In this document: positions 12,960-26,985 of the stretch, one piece after another
How positions within the stretch are numbered: the first letter of the stretch is position 1
Layout of the letters: each line of letters starts with the position of its first letter
Source: Octopus sinensis
Taxonomy: Eukaryota
Length of the DNA stretch: 64,000 nt
Assembly (NCBI RefSeq): GCF_006345805.1
Contig: NC_043007.1
Span: 47,182,001-47,246,000 of the forward strand
Direction: 5' to 3'
Program-made: the position numbers and the translations under genes
Notes under the pieces: model-generated
Database searches by the model: none
What the model was told of the DNA's origin: nothing
The model's input: the letters and a program-made list of their open reading frames with translations, nothing else

Positions 12960-13213
12960 AATAGAGAAATATTTTTGTTTCACTTTTAACACGTAATACT
13001 GAAATAGTGGAGAAGATATGATATTGCTATGAGCTCGCTCTAGGCAAGAAGTTGAACATTTCATTTGCCCATGAAACTACATGGACCCTAAGTAAGGCAT
13101 GTGTAAAATTTGAATGAAATTGGTTGTGTAGTTCTCAAGTTTTAGGGAAACACATAGACAGACAGATAGACAGACAGACAGACACACACTCTCAGTTTTA
13201 TATATATAAAGAT
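12960..13213 (+). mobile_element. Non-autonomous rolling-circle (DINE/Helentron-like) element end
   Basis: atgtgtaaaatttgaatgaaattggttgtgtagttctcaagttttagggaaac followed by (GACA)n and ctctcagttttatatatataaagat, an architecture typical of DINE-like elements. Confidence 0.5.
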
Positions 13214-13286
13214 ATACACATATGCACATTTGTATACATAATCATACATACACACAGGCACACAGACACACCCATACATACATACT

Positions 13287-13317
<31 letters not shown>

Positions 13318-13398
13318 GTGTGTCTTTGTGTGTGTGTATGTGAGTGTGTGCATGTGTGTGTGTCTGTTAGTGTTGTATAGACATAGTTATGTATATAT

Positions 13399-13639
13399 AT
13401 AGACGTCTGTTGCTAACAGCTTCTCCACTGAATATATATATATATATATGCACGTGTGTGTATGCGTGGTGTGTGTATGCGTGGTGTGTGTATAAATATA
13501 TATATAAATATATATATATTTATACACGCCTACACACACGTGCATATATATATATATATTTATACACACACTACGCATACACACACGTGCATATATATAT
13601 ATATATTCAGTGGAGATGCTGTTGGCAACAGACGTCTAT
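13399..13639. repeat. Imperfect fold-back inverted repeat
   Basis: Unique 34-bp arms 13399-13432 and 13606-13639 (2 mismatches), extended inward by mirrored TA/TG-CA tracts. Confidence 0.9.
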
Positions 13640-14628
13640 TTTAATTGGTTACGAGAAAATGTTTCATTTCTACGATCTTCACAGTAATGAAGACAACAAA
13701 CAACACATCAAAATCGTATAACTAATCTCATCTTTCATTAAATTGTGTCTCCATTCGTCTATAATCTTAATCTCATGCCCACGGTAAAACATATTTCCTT
13801 TGTGCATGAGTCTGTTTGAGTGGGAAAAGAGGAAAAGAATGTCTTGGCTAATTATACATTACTTAAAAGGAGGTGAAATTGAAATATATATCAAATTCTA
13901 AAAAGTGAAACTAATAGAAATCCGCAGGAGACACACCTCTGAGATGAATCTATGATCTGATATTAATCAAAATTCGATATGTTTCTTTGCAAATAGAGTT
14001 ACCTGATGTAAAGGCAACCATCTTTAAAAAGTACCAGAAATTATCGAGACTTTTTTTTTTAAATATTACAATAAATATTACACAAATATTACACAAATCT
14101 CACTCAAAAAGAGGTTACTTCATAATATATCTGTGTATGCGTATTTCTGTATATGTGTGTGTGTGCGTGTGTTGTTTTATGTGACAATACTCTCGAGCAA
14201 TGCGTAAGCACTACCATTAGAGCGTTGATGATAAAATAAAGTACCAGTGATGTATTGGAGTCGGTTTAATCGCCTCCTTCCTCCCAAATTTAGGCGGTTG
14301 TGTGCCGAGTTTATAAACAATTATTACAGTTCCAAGTAAATTCTACAAAAACAGTTGTAAAATCATAGATTAAATACACAAGATAATTTAAGGTTGCAAT
14401 AAGTAATTAATATTAAAATGCTTTCAGTGAAAATAAATCATTTAAATAGATTTAATATTATCAATCAGAATGAACACAGAGAGCATTGTCTTAATGGGCT
14501 TGCATTAATTTCAGAAATCTTGTACATGCGTTCACTACGAAGTACGTAAATTGAATTATCTTTTAGTAACTATTTTCTCTTTGTGTAACTTTATCTTCTT
14601 TTTTCTGTGTTGCATTATTTTGTTTTAG

Positions 14629-14772
14629 ATTTCAGTGAAATTAATACAAACTCGAAAAAGTTAGATATTACTAAGATACACATTTAATATAGATTACGTA
14701 AATATATTTCAAAATCAAACAATAAACAAGCAACTGAACTGAATTTAATCGAAGCTGATACACTTGAAAAAA
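14629..14772 (+). other. Exon-like 144-bp segment with one in-frame TAA (pseudo-exon or non-coding exon)
   Basis: Long pyrimidine tract and TTTAG acceptor, AAAA|GTATGT donor, symmetric phase 1-1; reads xFSEINTNSKKLDITKIHI*YRLRKYISKSNNKQATELNLIEADTLEK. Confidence 0.25.
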
Positions 14773-15817
14773 GTATGTCTGAGTAACTGCAGTAAGTTGA
14801 ATATTTTCATTGACAAAATGAACATTTATTTTCAAAGTCAAAATTAACTTTGAGAAAAAACAGTTTCTATCGTCTTTATGATTAATTTATTTCTGTCTTT
14901 CAGCATTGATTGAATTTTTTTTACTGTGAATTCTATTTTAGAAATGTGTCTTGATAATTTCCAATGATTAAGTATTTCAGATTTAATGTAAATCGAATGT
15001 TTAGTTGGTCAATATTTTATTATTGAATAAAACCAATCTGTTTTTGAACACACGTTAGAAAGGAGAGGTAGAAAGGGTGATATCAATTAAATGTGAGAGA
15101 TATTCAAACATGGAAACACATCATAAACTTCGATAATAAAAATAATAATTTGTTTTAAAATTTTCCCATTATGAACTTGACTGTTAAGAGATTACGAAAA
15201 ATATTTTGGAAATATTCATACTAAAACGTGCTGCATGATGTACGAATTCGTATTCGAGACAAAACATGGGTCTAAAATGACGCTAAAATAATTTATTACA
15301 GAATTATATTGACATTTGATTTGGGTTTTGTTTGCTGTATTGAACAGGTTGAAACTGCCTGAACCTTTTCCGATATTTCTATATTTCTAGTTAAATGCTT
15401 GTTTTAAATGCTGAAAGTTTAGACGTTTGATGCTAAGCCTGAATTTTTCTTTATTTCGGTTGATAGCATGCAGCTGAATGTAAATGCCGTGTAACGAATG
15501 GCGGAATCAATAAATCAAAAGACAACCAGGCGAGATATATCGGCTGTTTTGCTTCCGGCCACCATTAACAACTCGAGATATTTTTACAATTTATAAATGT
15601 CCGAAGCTTGCATTTGAATTCCCAATTGTCTGACGCCTACAAAAAAAAAAAAGACTGATATATGTTGCTATTCTTTTATTCTTGAACTCTATTTATGAAA
15701 GTTGAATTGAAGTATACCGACCAGATCACACTCCTTCACTTACAACCAGTCTATGAGTGTGTGTGCGTGTGTGTGAATGTAAGAGTGTGAGTGTGCGAGA
15801 GAGTATGTATGTCCATA

Positions 15818-15908
<91 letters not shown>

Positions 15909-16459
15909 ATGTATGTATGTATGTGTGTGTGTATGTATGTATGTATGTATGTATGTATGCATGTATGTATGTGTGTATGTATGTATGAATACTCTAATAT
16001 CGGAGATTGAGAATGAGTGTTCAACACCGTTTTGCTGGTTAAGTATTCTTTCTCTGTAGTTTAGCAAAGCAGCGAATGGTTTCATGTGAAGAAATCTTCA
16101 CAGTTGTTCAAGCGCTGAACATGGAAGTGTTGGTACTCATCTCCAATTTGAATGATGATACACGAGGATGATAATACACAAGGTTACACGAAACTGAACG
16201 GATGTAACTTATGAGAGTGTCTTAATTCTTATATGACTTGTCCCTCGAATGTTTGTCAAAATTGGGTTCACTGGGGTTACTATAACGGCGATAGAAATGA
16301 ATATATTCTTATAAGACACCTCCTGTAACCTGTAAATTTATTTTAAATCCCTCTTAGTCTTGTGAAACTTCGAGTACTCTCATCCAATATAGAGTCGAGC
16401 ACCTACACTTCCATGTGGTATTGTATGTAATGTATATATAGTGTATGTTTGTGTGTGTG

Positions 16460-16490
<31 letters not shown>

Positions 16491-17285
16491 CTATATATAA
16501 TTGCTACATTTCCCTATGCAAGCAACAGAAATACATTTGATGACACAAATCTTAATGAGAACAAAGTACGCACGCACACGCACAAGTCTGTGTGTGTGTG
16601 TGTGTGAGTGTATTTTGGTGTATATGTGTGTGTATGTGTGTGTGTATGCGTGTGTGTTTATCATATTGTCTTTTGCATCTATCCGGTTATGTTGTCACTT
16701 GTATCTTTGCCTACTTTAAAACAGATTCTGAAGTAGTAAAATGTAAGAGGGAAATTAATGGAATAGTAAAATGAAGTTTAAAAATTTATAATACAATCAC
16801 ACAAAGACATAAACTAAGGAAGAGTGGAGGTATCGTTGCCCCAATCATTGCAATATTTTATCCTTCGCAATGAGACTTTATATTGTGATGAACAGCACGA
16901 GCCAAATATTTTTGAATTTAGGAAGGGCATCGGTGAGGTCAGTGGTGAGCGGATTTATTGTACTCAATTCAATCAGGTATCGAAACTGAGTCGCAGAAAT
17001 ATGTTCCTGGATTTTGGGTCAAGAACACTTGTAACCGTTGTCGGTGAATGACTCATTAATAGATTATGTAATGCGATAATTGTAATTCCTATACGACAGT
17101 GGGGATAATTACTCATGTAGATGTTATGATCACTGAAATAGAAATGAAATGTGATTGATCTCAAGAGAGATTAGATTCAGCAAAATATAGTATCTTAAAT
17201 AGAATAGAATTCATGTATAATGAAGTATTTTCTCTGTGTGTAAGCCTGCCTGTCTATGCATCTGCTTCTTTATGTGGGTCTATAT

Positions 17286-17357
<72 letters not shown>

Positions 17358-17359
17358 TA

Positions 17360-17414
<55 letters not shown>

Positions 17415-17442
17415 TGTGTATGGGTATATATATATACATACT

Positions 17443-17512
<70 letters not shown>

Positions 17513-17516
<4 letters not shown>

Positions 17517-18300
17517 GTCATCCCATAAATAATGCAGTTTTGTGAACTGCATGAAATAAAAGTCGGAAGGTGACGGGATAAACTACCTGCATCAACTTGC
17601 TATAGTGTTAGTGATAAAGGAGCATATTTGGCATAGTTTGCTTTATGAGTTCAATAAAGGCAACAACGCAACAGGAAGTGCGATGGATATTAATACAGTA
17701 TATGAGGGACCGGACAATAAGGGTAAGCCCGTGTCAACAGTGGTTCCAGAAATTATGAGCCGGAAACTACGACCTCGTAGACGAGTCACGTCCTGAAAGA
17801 TCTGTAGAGCACGACCAGGACGTCTTGCATACCCTAGTGGAAGAAAATCCCATCGTAACTGTTGAAGATCTAGCAGACGATCTTGGATTTCGTCATTCAA
17901 TCAGTCATTTAAGTCAGCTAAAATAAAAAAAAAACTACCATCTTTGGTTTCAAGACGAAAAGTGTTCTTCCATCAAGATAATGCTCGGCCGCATACAGCG
18001 AGGATGACATTCCAAAGGCAGGAGCAGCTTGAATTGGAAACGATGCGCCGAACATCATATTCGCCGCACATTGCCCTATCTGATTATCATTTATTTCAGT
18101 CTTTAAAATCATTTGGACGGAAAAATATGAATTTTGTAGACAATGTCGGAACTGTACTTGAGGAGTATTTTTCGTCATGGACAAGTGAATTTTGGAAGAG
18201 GGGCTTTGCAAGTCTACCAGATAAATTGAAGAAAGAGCATTGTAGAAAATGAAGGAGAGTATATTTTAGATGAAAAGCAACTTTGTTTATCTTAATTTTG
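17513..18300 (+). mobile_element. Mariner transposon, internally deleted, same family as 3990-4602
   Basis: TA then 5' TIR ttaagtcatcccataaataatgc; KEHIWHSLLYEFNKGNNAT; FFHQDNARPHTA..SYSPHIALSDYHLFQSL..GFASLPDK. Confidence 0.9.
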
Positions 18301-18383
18301 AGAAATTTGAACTGTTACTCGCTGAAACAAATTGAGGGTTTAAGGAGTAAATTGGTGGCTGCTCATGAGATAATACAAAAAGC

Positions 18384-18437
18384 ATACGTATCGTGATTTG
18401 GCGATAGGTATCGTGATTTGGCGATACGTATCGTGAT
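18384..18437. repeat. 20-bp minisatellite, about 2.7 copies (atacgtatcgtgatttggcg)
   Basis: Direct reading. Confidence 0.85.
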
Positions 18438-18689
18438 ATGCATCGTAATTCGGTTTGTTTGTAGAGCCACGCTGAAAGCTAAATCCCGCAGGAGACTAGG
18501 GCTTTACAATTTCCGTGAATTAGAAGTTTTGCAATTAGAATTTCTTATGCAATCACAATTTCTGAACTCTGTTGTGCATGTGCACAAACTTTTAACGTCC
18601 TAGTTCACTTCTGCTCTTTACAGTAGTGCTTGAAATGAAGGTGCGTAACTTGTGATCGTCGCAATGACCATGACAGAGTAATTTTGTCA

Positions 18690-19130
18690 AATTTTGTCAA
18701 CGGTTGGCGATACCTGCTCAGAGGCCTACGCAAAGATTTCAAAACGTTTTCATCGTTCTCGACACAATCAAGATTTTGTGCAAATGAATCCCGAGTGGAT
18801 TCTTGGTCAGCTGAAATCAGTTTTGGCACAAATCTGGCAGACACTTGCTTCATACCAAAATTCTTCATTCATAATGGACTATACTGAACCGTAACTGATC
18901 TGCACATCCTCTGAATACTCTGAAACGCCTGAACACTTGTATGCTGCTCGTACACTCCTTTCCATACACTTTCAGCAACTTTGCTTAAGCCACTGAGCAG
19001 GTATGGCCATGACAACTTTCTGTCATAGTCAAGGTATGATCACACACTACACACATTCCTTCCAATTACTTCCAATCAGCGGAAGTGAGCCGGAACGTTA
19101 AAACGTAGTGCACATGCACAGCAGATTTCA
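18690..19130 (-). mobile_element. Mariner transposase N-terminal remnant
   Basis: FGMKQVSARFVPKLISADQ (WVPHEL-equivalent motif) with a decayed HTH region upstream. Confidence 0.75.
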
Positions 19131-19398
19131 AGGTCAATCTTTACCAAGCGGATTTACTCTGCCTACATTAGCTTCGTTACTACAGCTACAAACTTATACA
19201 TTAGACCTCGTATGTAATTGGGAATCGTTTATCGATTGAGAACACAAAGCGTGACAGAATCTCTGCATTCTAACTGTGCTGGCATCAGTGATCAACTGAA
19301 ATATGCTTCACTATTACACACACACGCGCGCGCGCGCGCGTGTGCTGTTGGCGATTTTTTCCTCCGTCTTCCCTTCTTTGGATCTTTTCATTTCCTAT

Positions 19399-19433
19399 GT
19401 TTCTGACGAAGAGCTTCACTCGAAACGTTAAAC
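19399..19433 (+). ncRNA. Minimal type I hammerhead ribozyme motif
   Basis: GTTT-CTGACGA-A-GAG cttca CTC-GAAAC-GTT-AAAC: stem I GUUU/AAAC, stem II GAG/CUC, palindromic ACGU stem III, GUU cleavage triplet at 19427-19429. Confidence 0.75.
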
Positions 19434-19523
19434 CCTCCTTCTTTCCTTCCTTCCTGAGCGTCCAATAATACAATATTTGTTCAACGTCCTCGCGTTGTTG
19501 TGTTTTCATGTTTGGATTAACTA

Positions 19524-19563
<40 letters not shown>

Positions 19564-19967
19564 TATATATATTATATATATATAATTTTTGATCTCGCTT
19601 AGGTATAACGATACTAATAACCAGTTGCATTGAACTTCATATAGCTATATTTCATTATAAGCTCTCAAGTTAGTGGAAAGCGTAATATCGGTATCCGTGG
19701 CATAATTTATATATACATGGTGTGTGTAAGAGAGAGTGAGGAAGAATGAATGTATTTATGCAGCTGGTACTCTGTTCGTTACCACGACGAGGTTTCCAGT
19801 TGTTTCGATCAACGGAATAGCCAACTCGCGAAATTAACGTGCAAATGGTTGAGCACTCCAGACACTCTTAACGTTGTTATTCCGCGGGAAGATTCAGCGC
19901 GATGCACCGCTGGTGACAAGGCTGGCACTTTGAATTACAGATACAAAACAATATTTGCCAATTTTTT

Positions 19968-20385
19968 GGAGCAGGGGTGTGTGGTAAGTAGCTTGCTTAC
20001 CAACCACATGGTTCCGGGTTCAGTCCTACTGCGTGTCACGTTGGGCAAGTGTCTTCTACTAAAGCCTCCGACCAACCAAACCCTCGTGGGTGGATTTGGT
20101 AGACGGAAACTGAAAGAAATCTGTAATATATATATATATATTATATATATATATATATATAATATATATATATATACATGTGTATGTGTGTGTTTGTGTT
20201 TGTCCCCCCAACATCACTTGAAAACCGATGTTGGTGTGTTTGCGTTCCCGTAACTTAGCGGTTCGGCAAAATAGACCGATAGAATATGTACAAGGCTTAC
20301 AAAGAATAACTCATGTGTTGAATGTGCTCGGCTAAAGGCGGTGCTCCAGCATGGCCGCAGTCAAACGACTGAAATAAGTAAAAGA
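19968..20385 (+). mobile_element. SINE family A, near full length
   Basis: gtgtggtaagtagcttgcttaccaaccacatggttccgggttcagtcc head, internal TA/TG tract, conserved tail. Confidence 0.88.
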
Positions 20386-23300
20386 GTACTGAGTGGACTG
20401 GAGCAACGTGAAGACAGATTGGCTTGATCAAGGAATTAAATCAACACGATACGAACATTAACCGAATACGCTAAATGCTAAGGCACGTCGCTGTGTATAT
20501 TAGACACCGATACAAATTCATTATGCAAAATATTTGATATATTACGTGTACCATTTTAAGCTGCTCATTTGCTATATGATCATCCTGTGATTTAACTATT
20601 CGAGAATTTGCTCTGTAGAACTCACATAGGATGCTACGTACATCTCTCAAATACGCTGTTCTTTTTTATTTTTTTATCATTATTATTTTTTATTCTAATA
20701 TGTTGTTAATGTTTAAGTATTCATTGCTTACAGCGTCGTTCATGTTGTAAATACCTACAAAGCATATATCTACCTACATCGGCAAAACACTGCAGGATAT
20801 ATGATAAATCCACTATTTCTTATCTCATGTGCGTTTACAGACCGTATCTAGCTCGTTAATATTTATATATACACTTGTAAAAAACATTAATTTGCTTGAC
20901 AGGCACAACTTCAAATGTTCGTTTTCAACGTTTTTAATAGCAGAACGTACGAAATTTAAATGTAATAAATATGTTTTGTGTAGAATTTAATTAAAATAGA
21001 CAGAATATGCGATAAATATTACCTTAAGGAAATTGTTTAAGCTGCTTAAGAGGAGTTAATTTAATCAAGAAATATATATGCTGGATAAATGATATGAATA
21101 ATAAACTACGATATAATCATTGCTGTCTTTTCCTTCTCTGAAAACACGCATACACGTATACACACAGTCATATGTGTAATTGTATATATATATATATATC
21201 AAATGTGAGGATAAAATTCTTTTCGAAAAAAAAATATTTTCTCGAAAAAAATGTTATCAATGGCCAGCATATTAAAAAATACCTTTAACGGTTAAATTTA
21301 TAAACAATTCATAAATGAGGTCAAAGGAAATAAATTCTAATGCCAAATATGCCGAAAAATTGGACATATTGTCCATTAACCATATAATTTTTTCACAATA
21401 CGCACGCTACTCGAAAAAAGGCCGACACAAACGCTTAGCATGTTAACTAACAACATTAGGTTAAATAAATGTGAAAACATTTTTATTTCTCGCAATGATT
21501 TAAAATATTCTTGAAAATATTTCACTTTTAAATCCCGTGTTTGTTGCTTGTGGGACGTGATGCTATGGCAGGGAATGAGAGACTGAAAGGGTGAGAGAAA
21601 GAGATGGAGAAAGAGAGGAAGGGAGAATCTATGTCCTTCGGGGGAGATAATTTGTACATTATTATAATTTTAAGACGATGCAGCATGATTTCAAAGAGAT
21701 TGTCTATCTATGTCTAGCAAATCAAGCAGCAAGGTAAACCCTTCTGTATTGGACCGTTTGTCTGAAGCATTTATTATTCATACATTATTTTCATTTCGTC
21801 GTAAACAGTTGCAATAAAACTGGTGATTGTTTAATGAGCACATAAACACTGATTTTTAGTCACTGACTACTGTTATCTTGTAATTACCAGGGGCTGGTAT
21901 TTATTGAACGCTAGTCTACATTGTCTTTCGATTAATACATTATATTATGCTATTAATATAACTTTAATAGACACTATTCAGGTTATTTTTTAAGATGCTT
22001 CAGTTACCTGAGGTTTTGACTATGAAATCTGCATTGTCAAACCACAGAGATGCGTGCGTGTATGTGTATGTGTGTGTGTGAGAGAGAGAGAATATTTGTG
22101 TGTATATCTATATGCATGTGTAGAGTCTGTGGTTTTCATATCTGATAAACGACGTTTCATTAAGTGGTTATTCAAATACGATACGAGGAACGTCTACCTA
22201 ACTGTACTTATTTTCAATAAAGTATATGACTAATATCAGAAGGCAGAAATGGACTAATGGTGGCGAAAAGAACAGGACAAAGTTGAAAAGGATGGTAGTT
22301 GGGTAAAAGTGGAAAGCGAAACGTAGAAACTATTACCTGTTCGTCTCAGCTAAAGAAATATTCCAATGCGAATCAAAAGTGAATGAAGAACATAGGATAA
22401 CAGAACTAGAAAGATATTCTACCAGTTTTATTCTTTCATTAATTTCCACCTTATATATTTCTTAACTATTTCTTAAATATTTCTCAGCTATATTAGCAAA
22501 TTTTCAGACACAAAATGAAAAAAACAAGACGTGGTTGATCATTCTAGAAAGTAAAACTATGCAACAAAGGTACCATTTATTACATGACAACGGAAAGAAG
22601 TATCGTCGTCACCATAATTAATTGTTCCTATTCCACTGGTTTTGATGGGGTGTTTTCTAACTCTGATTTATCGTGTAACTCACGCAATATACGTGGATGC
22701 TCGAAGTGTGATGTATAAGCTGCAACAGATTGCTACAGATATTACTGATTGATAGAAAGGAAGATACATACCCATTCTGATATTAACACAAGCATCGGAA
22801 ATCTATTAGGCTTCAAAGTTGTCAACTGATATATAGTTATCACGCTAACAAATAGTATAGCTAACGTATTCTGATCTTGTAATAAGTTGTTCTTTGTTTA
22901 AATTTTAGGCATTCAATTAGCTTTCACTAATTGAAAACTGGTCATTGTAAAATTCCTACACTACATAACACGTTTTTTTTATTTTATTACTGGCGTTGCT
23001 GTGTTTCAGAGAGAAGTCAGATGAAACATAACCATTTATCTATTTGATTATTTGATTATCGTTTCTTTTGCATTTTTGTTTTCTTTTTCTGTAATCCATC
23101 CAGGAAAACAGACCCACACATCCACTCGCCATGAAATATAAACCTATGATTTGTGAGAGTTTCCTTTTATCTTGACAAGCTAGGTTAATAACTGATCTAG
23201 TAAACTATGAAGTTCTTTCTTGCAGAATGACAAATCTATTCTGTTTCACAGTAAATTAGATATTCAAATATATTATTGGAATTTGTGTTCCACTTCTTCC

Positions 23301-23807
23301 GTTCCATTTTCTCCGCGCGATATTTTCAAACTTCCCACTTACTATTATCGTTTCATTTTCTTCATGTTTAATTTTTGAAGCTTAATAATGATATATTTCA
23401 TCTAAATAATATTTTACAATGTCTGTTGTACATGAGATACGACCATACTAAACTATGAAAGTAACGTATTTATAAACTTGGTGAATACCATTTCCCTTAT
23501 GACTTAAAAATTCCTGAAAATAAGTCACTTGAAGTGAGTCACATGACACAATATATAAATATTCTGTGGGATTCACTTTGCTCCATGTGTAAAAGTTCTC
23601 TTTGAATCTAAAAAGCACTGATCTGGTTTCGATGCTAAATGAATATTGACGACGCCAGCAACAGTTACAGAATAATCGTGAACTTTTATATTGTCCCTTT
23701 TTCATTATATATGAGGTAGAACTAATTTATAGTTAATGTGATTCTATTTTATCGATGACATAGCTTTACCCATCAAACAGATATTATATTTGTAAAATGT
23801 ATTTTGT

Positions 23808-24075
23808 GGAGACGCGTGACTTAGTGGTTAGTGTGTCAGCATCCTGATCGAAAGTTGTGGTTTCGATTCCTGGACCGGGCGACGCGTTGTGTTCTTGAGC
23901 AAAACACGTCATTTTACGTTGCTCCAGTCCACTCAGCTGGTAAAAATGAGTAGCACTGCAATCGACTGGTGTCTCGTCCAGCTGGGGAATACATACGCCA
24001 TAGAAACCGGAAAACCGCGCCCATGAGCCTGGCTAGGCTTTACAAGGGCGCATTTATTATTATTATTATTATTAT
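23808..24075 (+). mobile_element. SINE family C, full length with (TAT)n tail
   Basis: A box gacttagtgg, B box ggtttcgattcc, core shared with 8385-8520, ends in (TAT)n. Confidence 0.85.
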
Positions 24076-24930
24076 TAAAATGCATTTTACTAAACGAGTC
24101 CTATCTTTTCATGCGATTCAGATCAGTGTAATATCTCCATCATGTTTCCTGTGTTGACAATATACTGAATACTTAGTACTTATCTTCTTTCGCTACTGAA
24201 GTCACCTTAAAAGGCACTAGATGACTAATCATTCATTTATGGAAGTATTTGAACAATATTCGTAAGGCCACAATTTACTCACACGCAGCATTTTTCAGAG
24301 CTTTTTGCTAATTCAGTTCTTACCCAAATTGAAAACTCTTAACAGTTGTGAAGAGTACTGGCTCCTAGCTACATTTTGGCGTAAACAAATTGGTTCAGTA
24401 GAAAGGAGAGTAAGTAACGCTCCCAGTCAATTTTAGATCTAAATAACTTTTTTTTATTTTAAAAGCAACATATATTTATCTTAGCTTCAATGATAGAAGA
24501 AAGCTTGAGAAATTTCATAGTTTTGGTCCTATGAAATAAAAGTTCGTATCAAAAGAGTTGTGAGGTACAATATCATGAAAAATGATATAAGTAAAAAATT
24601 GGATGTAAGTATAATGAACTTTTTTATAAATAAGAAACTATATTTTAATTAAGCTTAAATGAGAGAAATTCGAGGAATTTCATGGTATCAATCTCATGCA
24701 ATGAAGTTTTAAAAAATAAAATTATGAGTGTTTGTTTTTCACATTTGAGGGTGATAATATAGTTCTATACTTTTTGTATGAATATAGTTCTATAAGGGGA
24801 CTTTTGATATGTGTCACCGGCATCATTGGGGTAAAGAAAAAATTATCAATGTCACCGATGATTGATACATTTCACACATTATTAATTAGCATAATAGCAT
24901 AGCCTGAAAAAAAACATGGATTACATGGAA

Positions 24931-25690
24931 AGAGAAATAATATTCCTAAGATTATAAACCTGGAAAAGTACAGGACAAGTTATTACACGTGGAAAAGTTC
25001 AGGACAACTTATTACATCTGGTAAAGTACAGAACAAGAAACTTTTCACTTAAAACATTGCAGCTAAGGATAGAATTTTAATATTAAAAAATTATTTGATT
25101 TTAATTTACAAAATAACTCTATAATTTTGTCAAAATTTTGAAACACTTGAATACTTAAAAAATGAGAACCAGAAGTACCAATATAGCTAAAGTTTTATGC
25201 ACAGTAGAATACTACATATGGTAGGCACTTTAATTATGTGAAAAATAGGCATTAGGTCATGACTAAAAATGTGTAGACTTGGCAATAACTTGGGCAAAAT
25301 CTCGAGCATATTTTACTGTGAATTTGTTGTTATAGGTAGCTTTTACTGTAATATATATATCCAACGTTTGTATTATTCTATTTATTGTACTAACTTGTTA
25401 TGGACTACTATTATTTTTATAACCTATTTTCATATTTCTAATTATTAATTAATACTTAAAATAATGAATTTTTTTTAAGGGCAAAACATATTTGAGTTAT
25501 CTTTTATTTTTAATAGAAATAACAAGTAATAACAAATAGAAGTAATAACTTATTATAAAATTTCTATTTATTTGAAATTTTATCCTTAGCTGTAATAATT
25601 TAAATAAAATCGTTTCTTGTTCTATACTTTACCATATGTAATAACTTGTCCTCAACTTTTCCAAGTTTATTTTAAGAATATTATTTCTCT
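24931..25690. repeat. Diverged fold-back/MITE-like element with ~120-150-bp arms and 29-bp subrepeats
   Basis: 24931-25082 matches the reverse complement of 25570-25690; subrepeat ggaaaagtacaggacaagttattacacgt starts at 24962, 24991 and 25020. Confidence 0.8.
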
Positions 25691-26769
25691 AGCTCGCATT
25701 TTTCCATCTGATAAATATATCTGAAAAGTATATATGAATTTATTTCGAATTCATAATACTCTGTTACTTGTAAAATTCTGAATATAAGAGCAAAGCATTT
25801 TCTTAAATTTTTCTTATTTATTTTCCATGCTAGAAGTAAATTTTAAACATTTCATGTTAAAATTTTATTATCATGTTTGATATTATACAAATGTGCGCTA
25901 TGATGCAGCATTGATTGTTAGCGTAAATACTTGCCGACCTATGACAAACTTTATCTCTAAATTGAGATGGAAATTACAATATTGTCGAATGAAGCTAAAA
26001 TCAAATCCTTGTTCAAATCCGAGACTAAGCAAAGCAGTTATGAACTATGTATGAACGTGCTCGAAGTATACGTAAGTAGTCAAGTTAAGCATCGGTAATA
26101 TACAAGTTCCTTTTTAAAAATTTATAAGTTTAAACTACAAGTAGAGATCGTCGTAAAATTACATTTACTCCACCCACACTCAGATGAAGCCCAGGGAAGC
26201 ATTTGGTATGTGCTTCATTTGTTCACATTTACATAACAAATACCAATATCGCATTTTACTAGAATCATTATGGACATAAATACAAACAGCTTGGCGGCTC
26301 TGTCCAATGAAGGATATACCATTCCACATCAAAATACAAAATTGTCTGCAATGATTAACTTGGAAAAGTATTTTCACATTATATAACATTATATATGCAT
26401 CATAGAAAACAATTAATGAACTTCGTTTATTCTTATCCTTGTAAATTTTTTGACACGTAATTGAGGTTTTTATAGTTCTGTGATTTTCTAAATGATTTTA
26501 TTGATTCAAATATAAAGGGAGAGTTTTTAATATAAGATATAAAACGTTTTGTATATTTCCGAACGATTGATTTATTTTGAATTAAAATAATGGACTGGCT
26601 ATCATGTTTCATGTAGACGAATGATGTCTTCCGCTTCAAAGCAACGGAAAAAAAATTATAATTAGCAAAATGTAGTCTTGTGATAGAATCCATTCTTGAT
26701 TGCAGCTATCTTAAATTACCATGTAAAGAAGGTTGTTGTTATATTGTTGTTATAACAGAAAATCCAAAC

Positions 26770-26985
26770 GCAGTGAGCTCGCAGAATCGTTAACATGCTT
26801 AGTAAAATGCTTAGCGGCATTTCGGCCGTTTTGACGTTCTTTGGTCAAATTCCGCTGAGGTGGACTTTACATTTCATCCTTTCGGAGTCGATAAAATAAG
26901 TGCCTGTTGAGCGCTGGAGTCGTGTGATCGACTTATCTCATCCCCGGTAATTACTTTCCTCGTGCCAAATTTGAAGTCAATAATG
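26770..26985 (+). mobile_element. SINE family B
   Basis: gtgagctcgcagaatcgttaac..cttagcggcatttcg..tttcatcctttcggagtcgataaaataag. Confidence 0.85.

Noticed and set aside
15470-15570. YY1-like (aatggcgg) and ETS-like (cttccgg) motifs as a promoter
   Set aside because: Short motifs with no supporting CpG island or first exon
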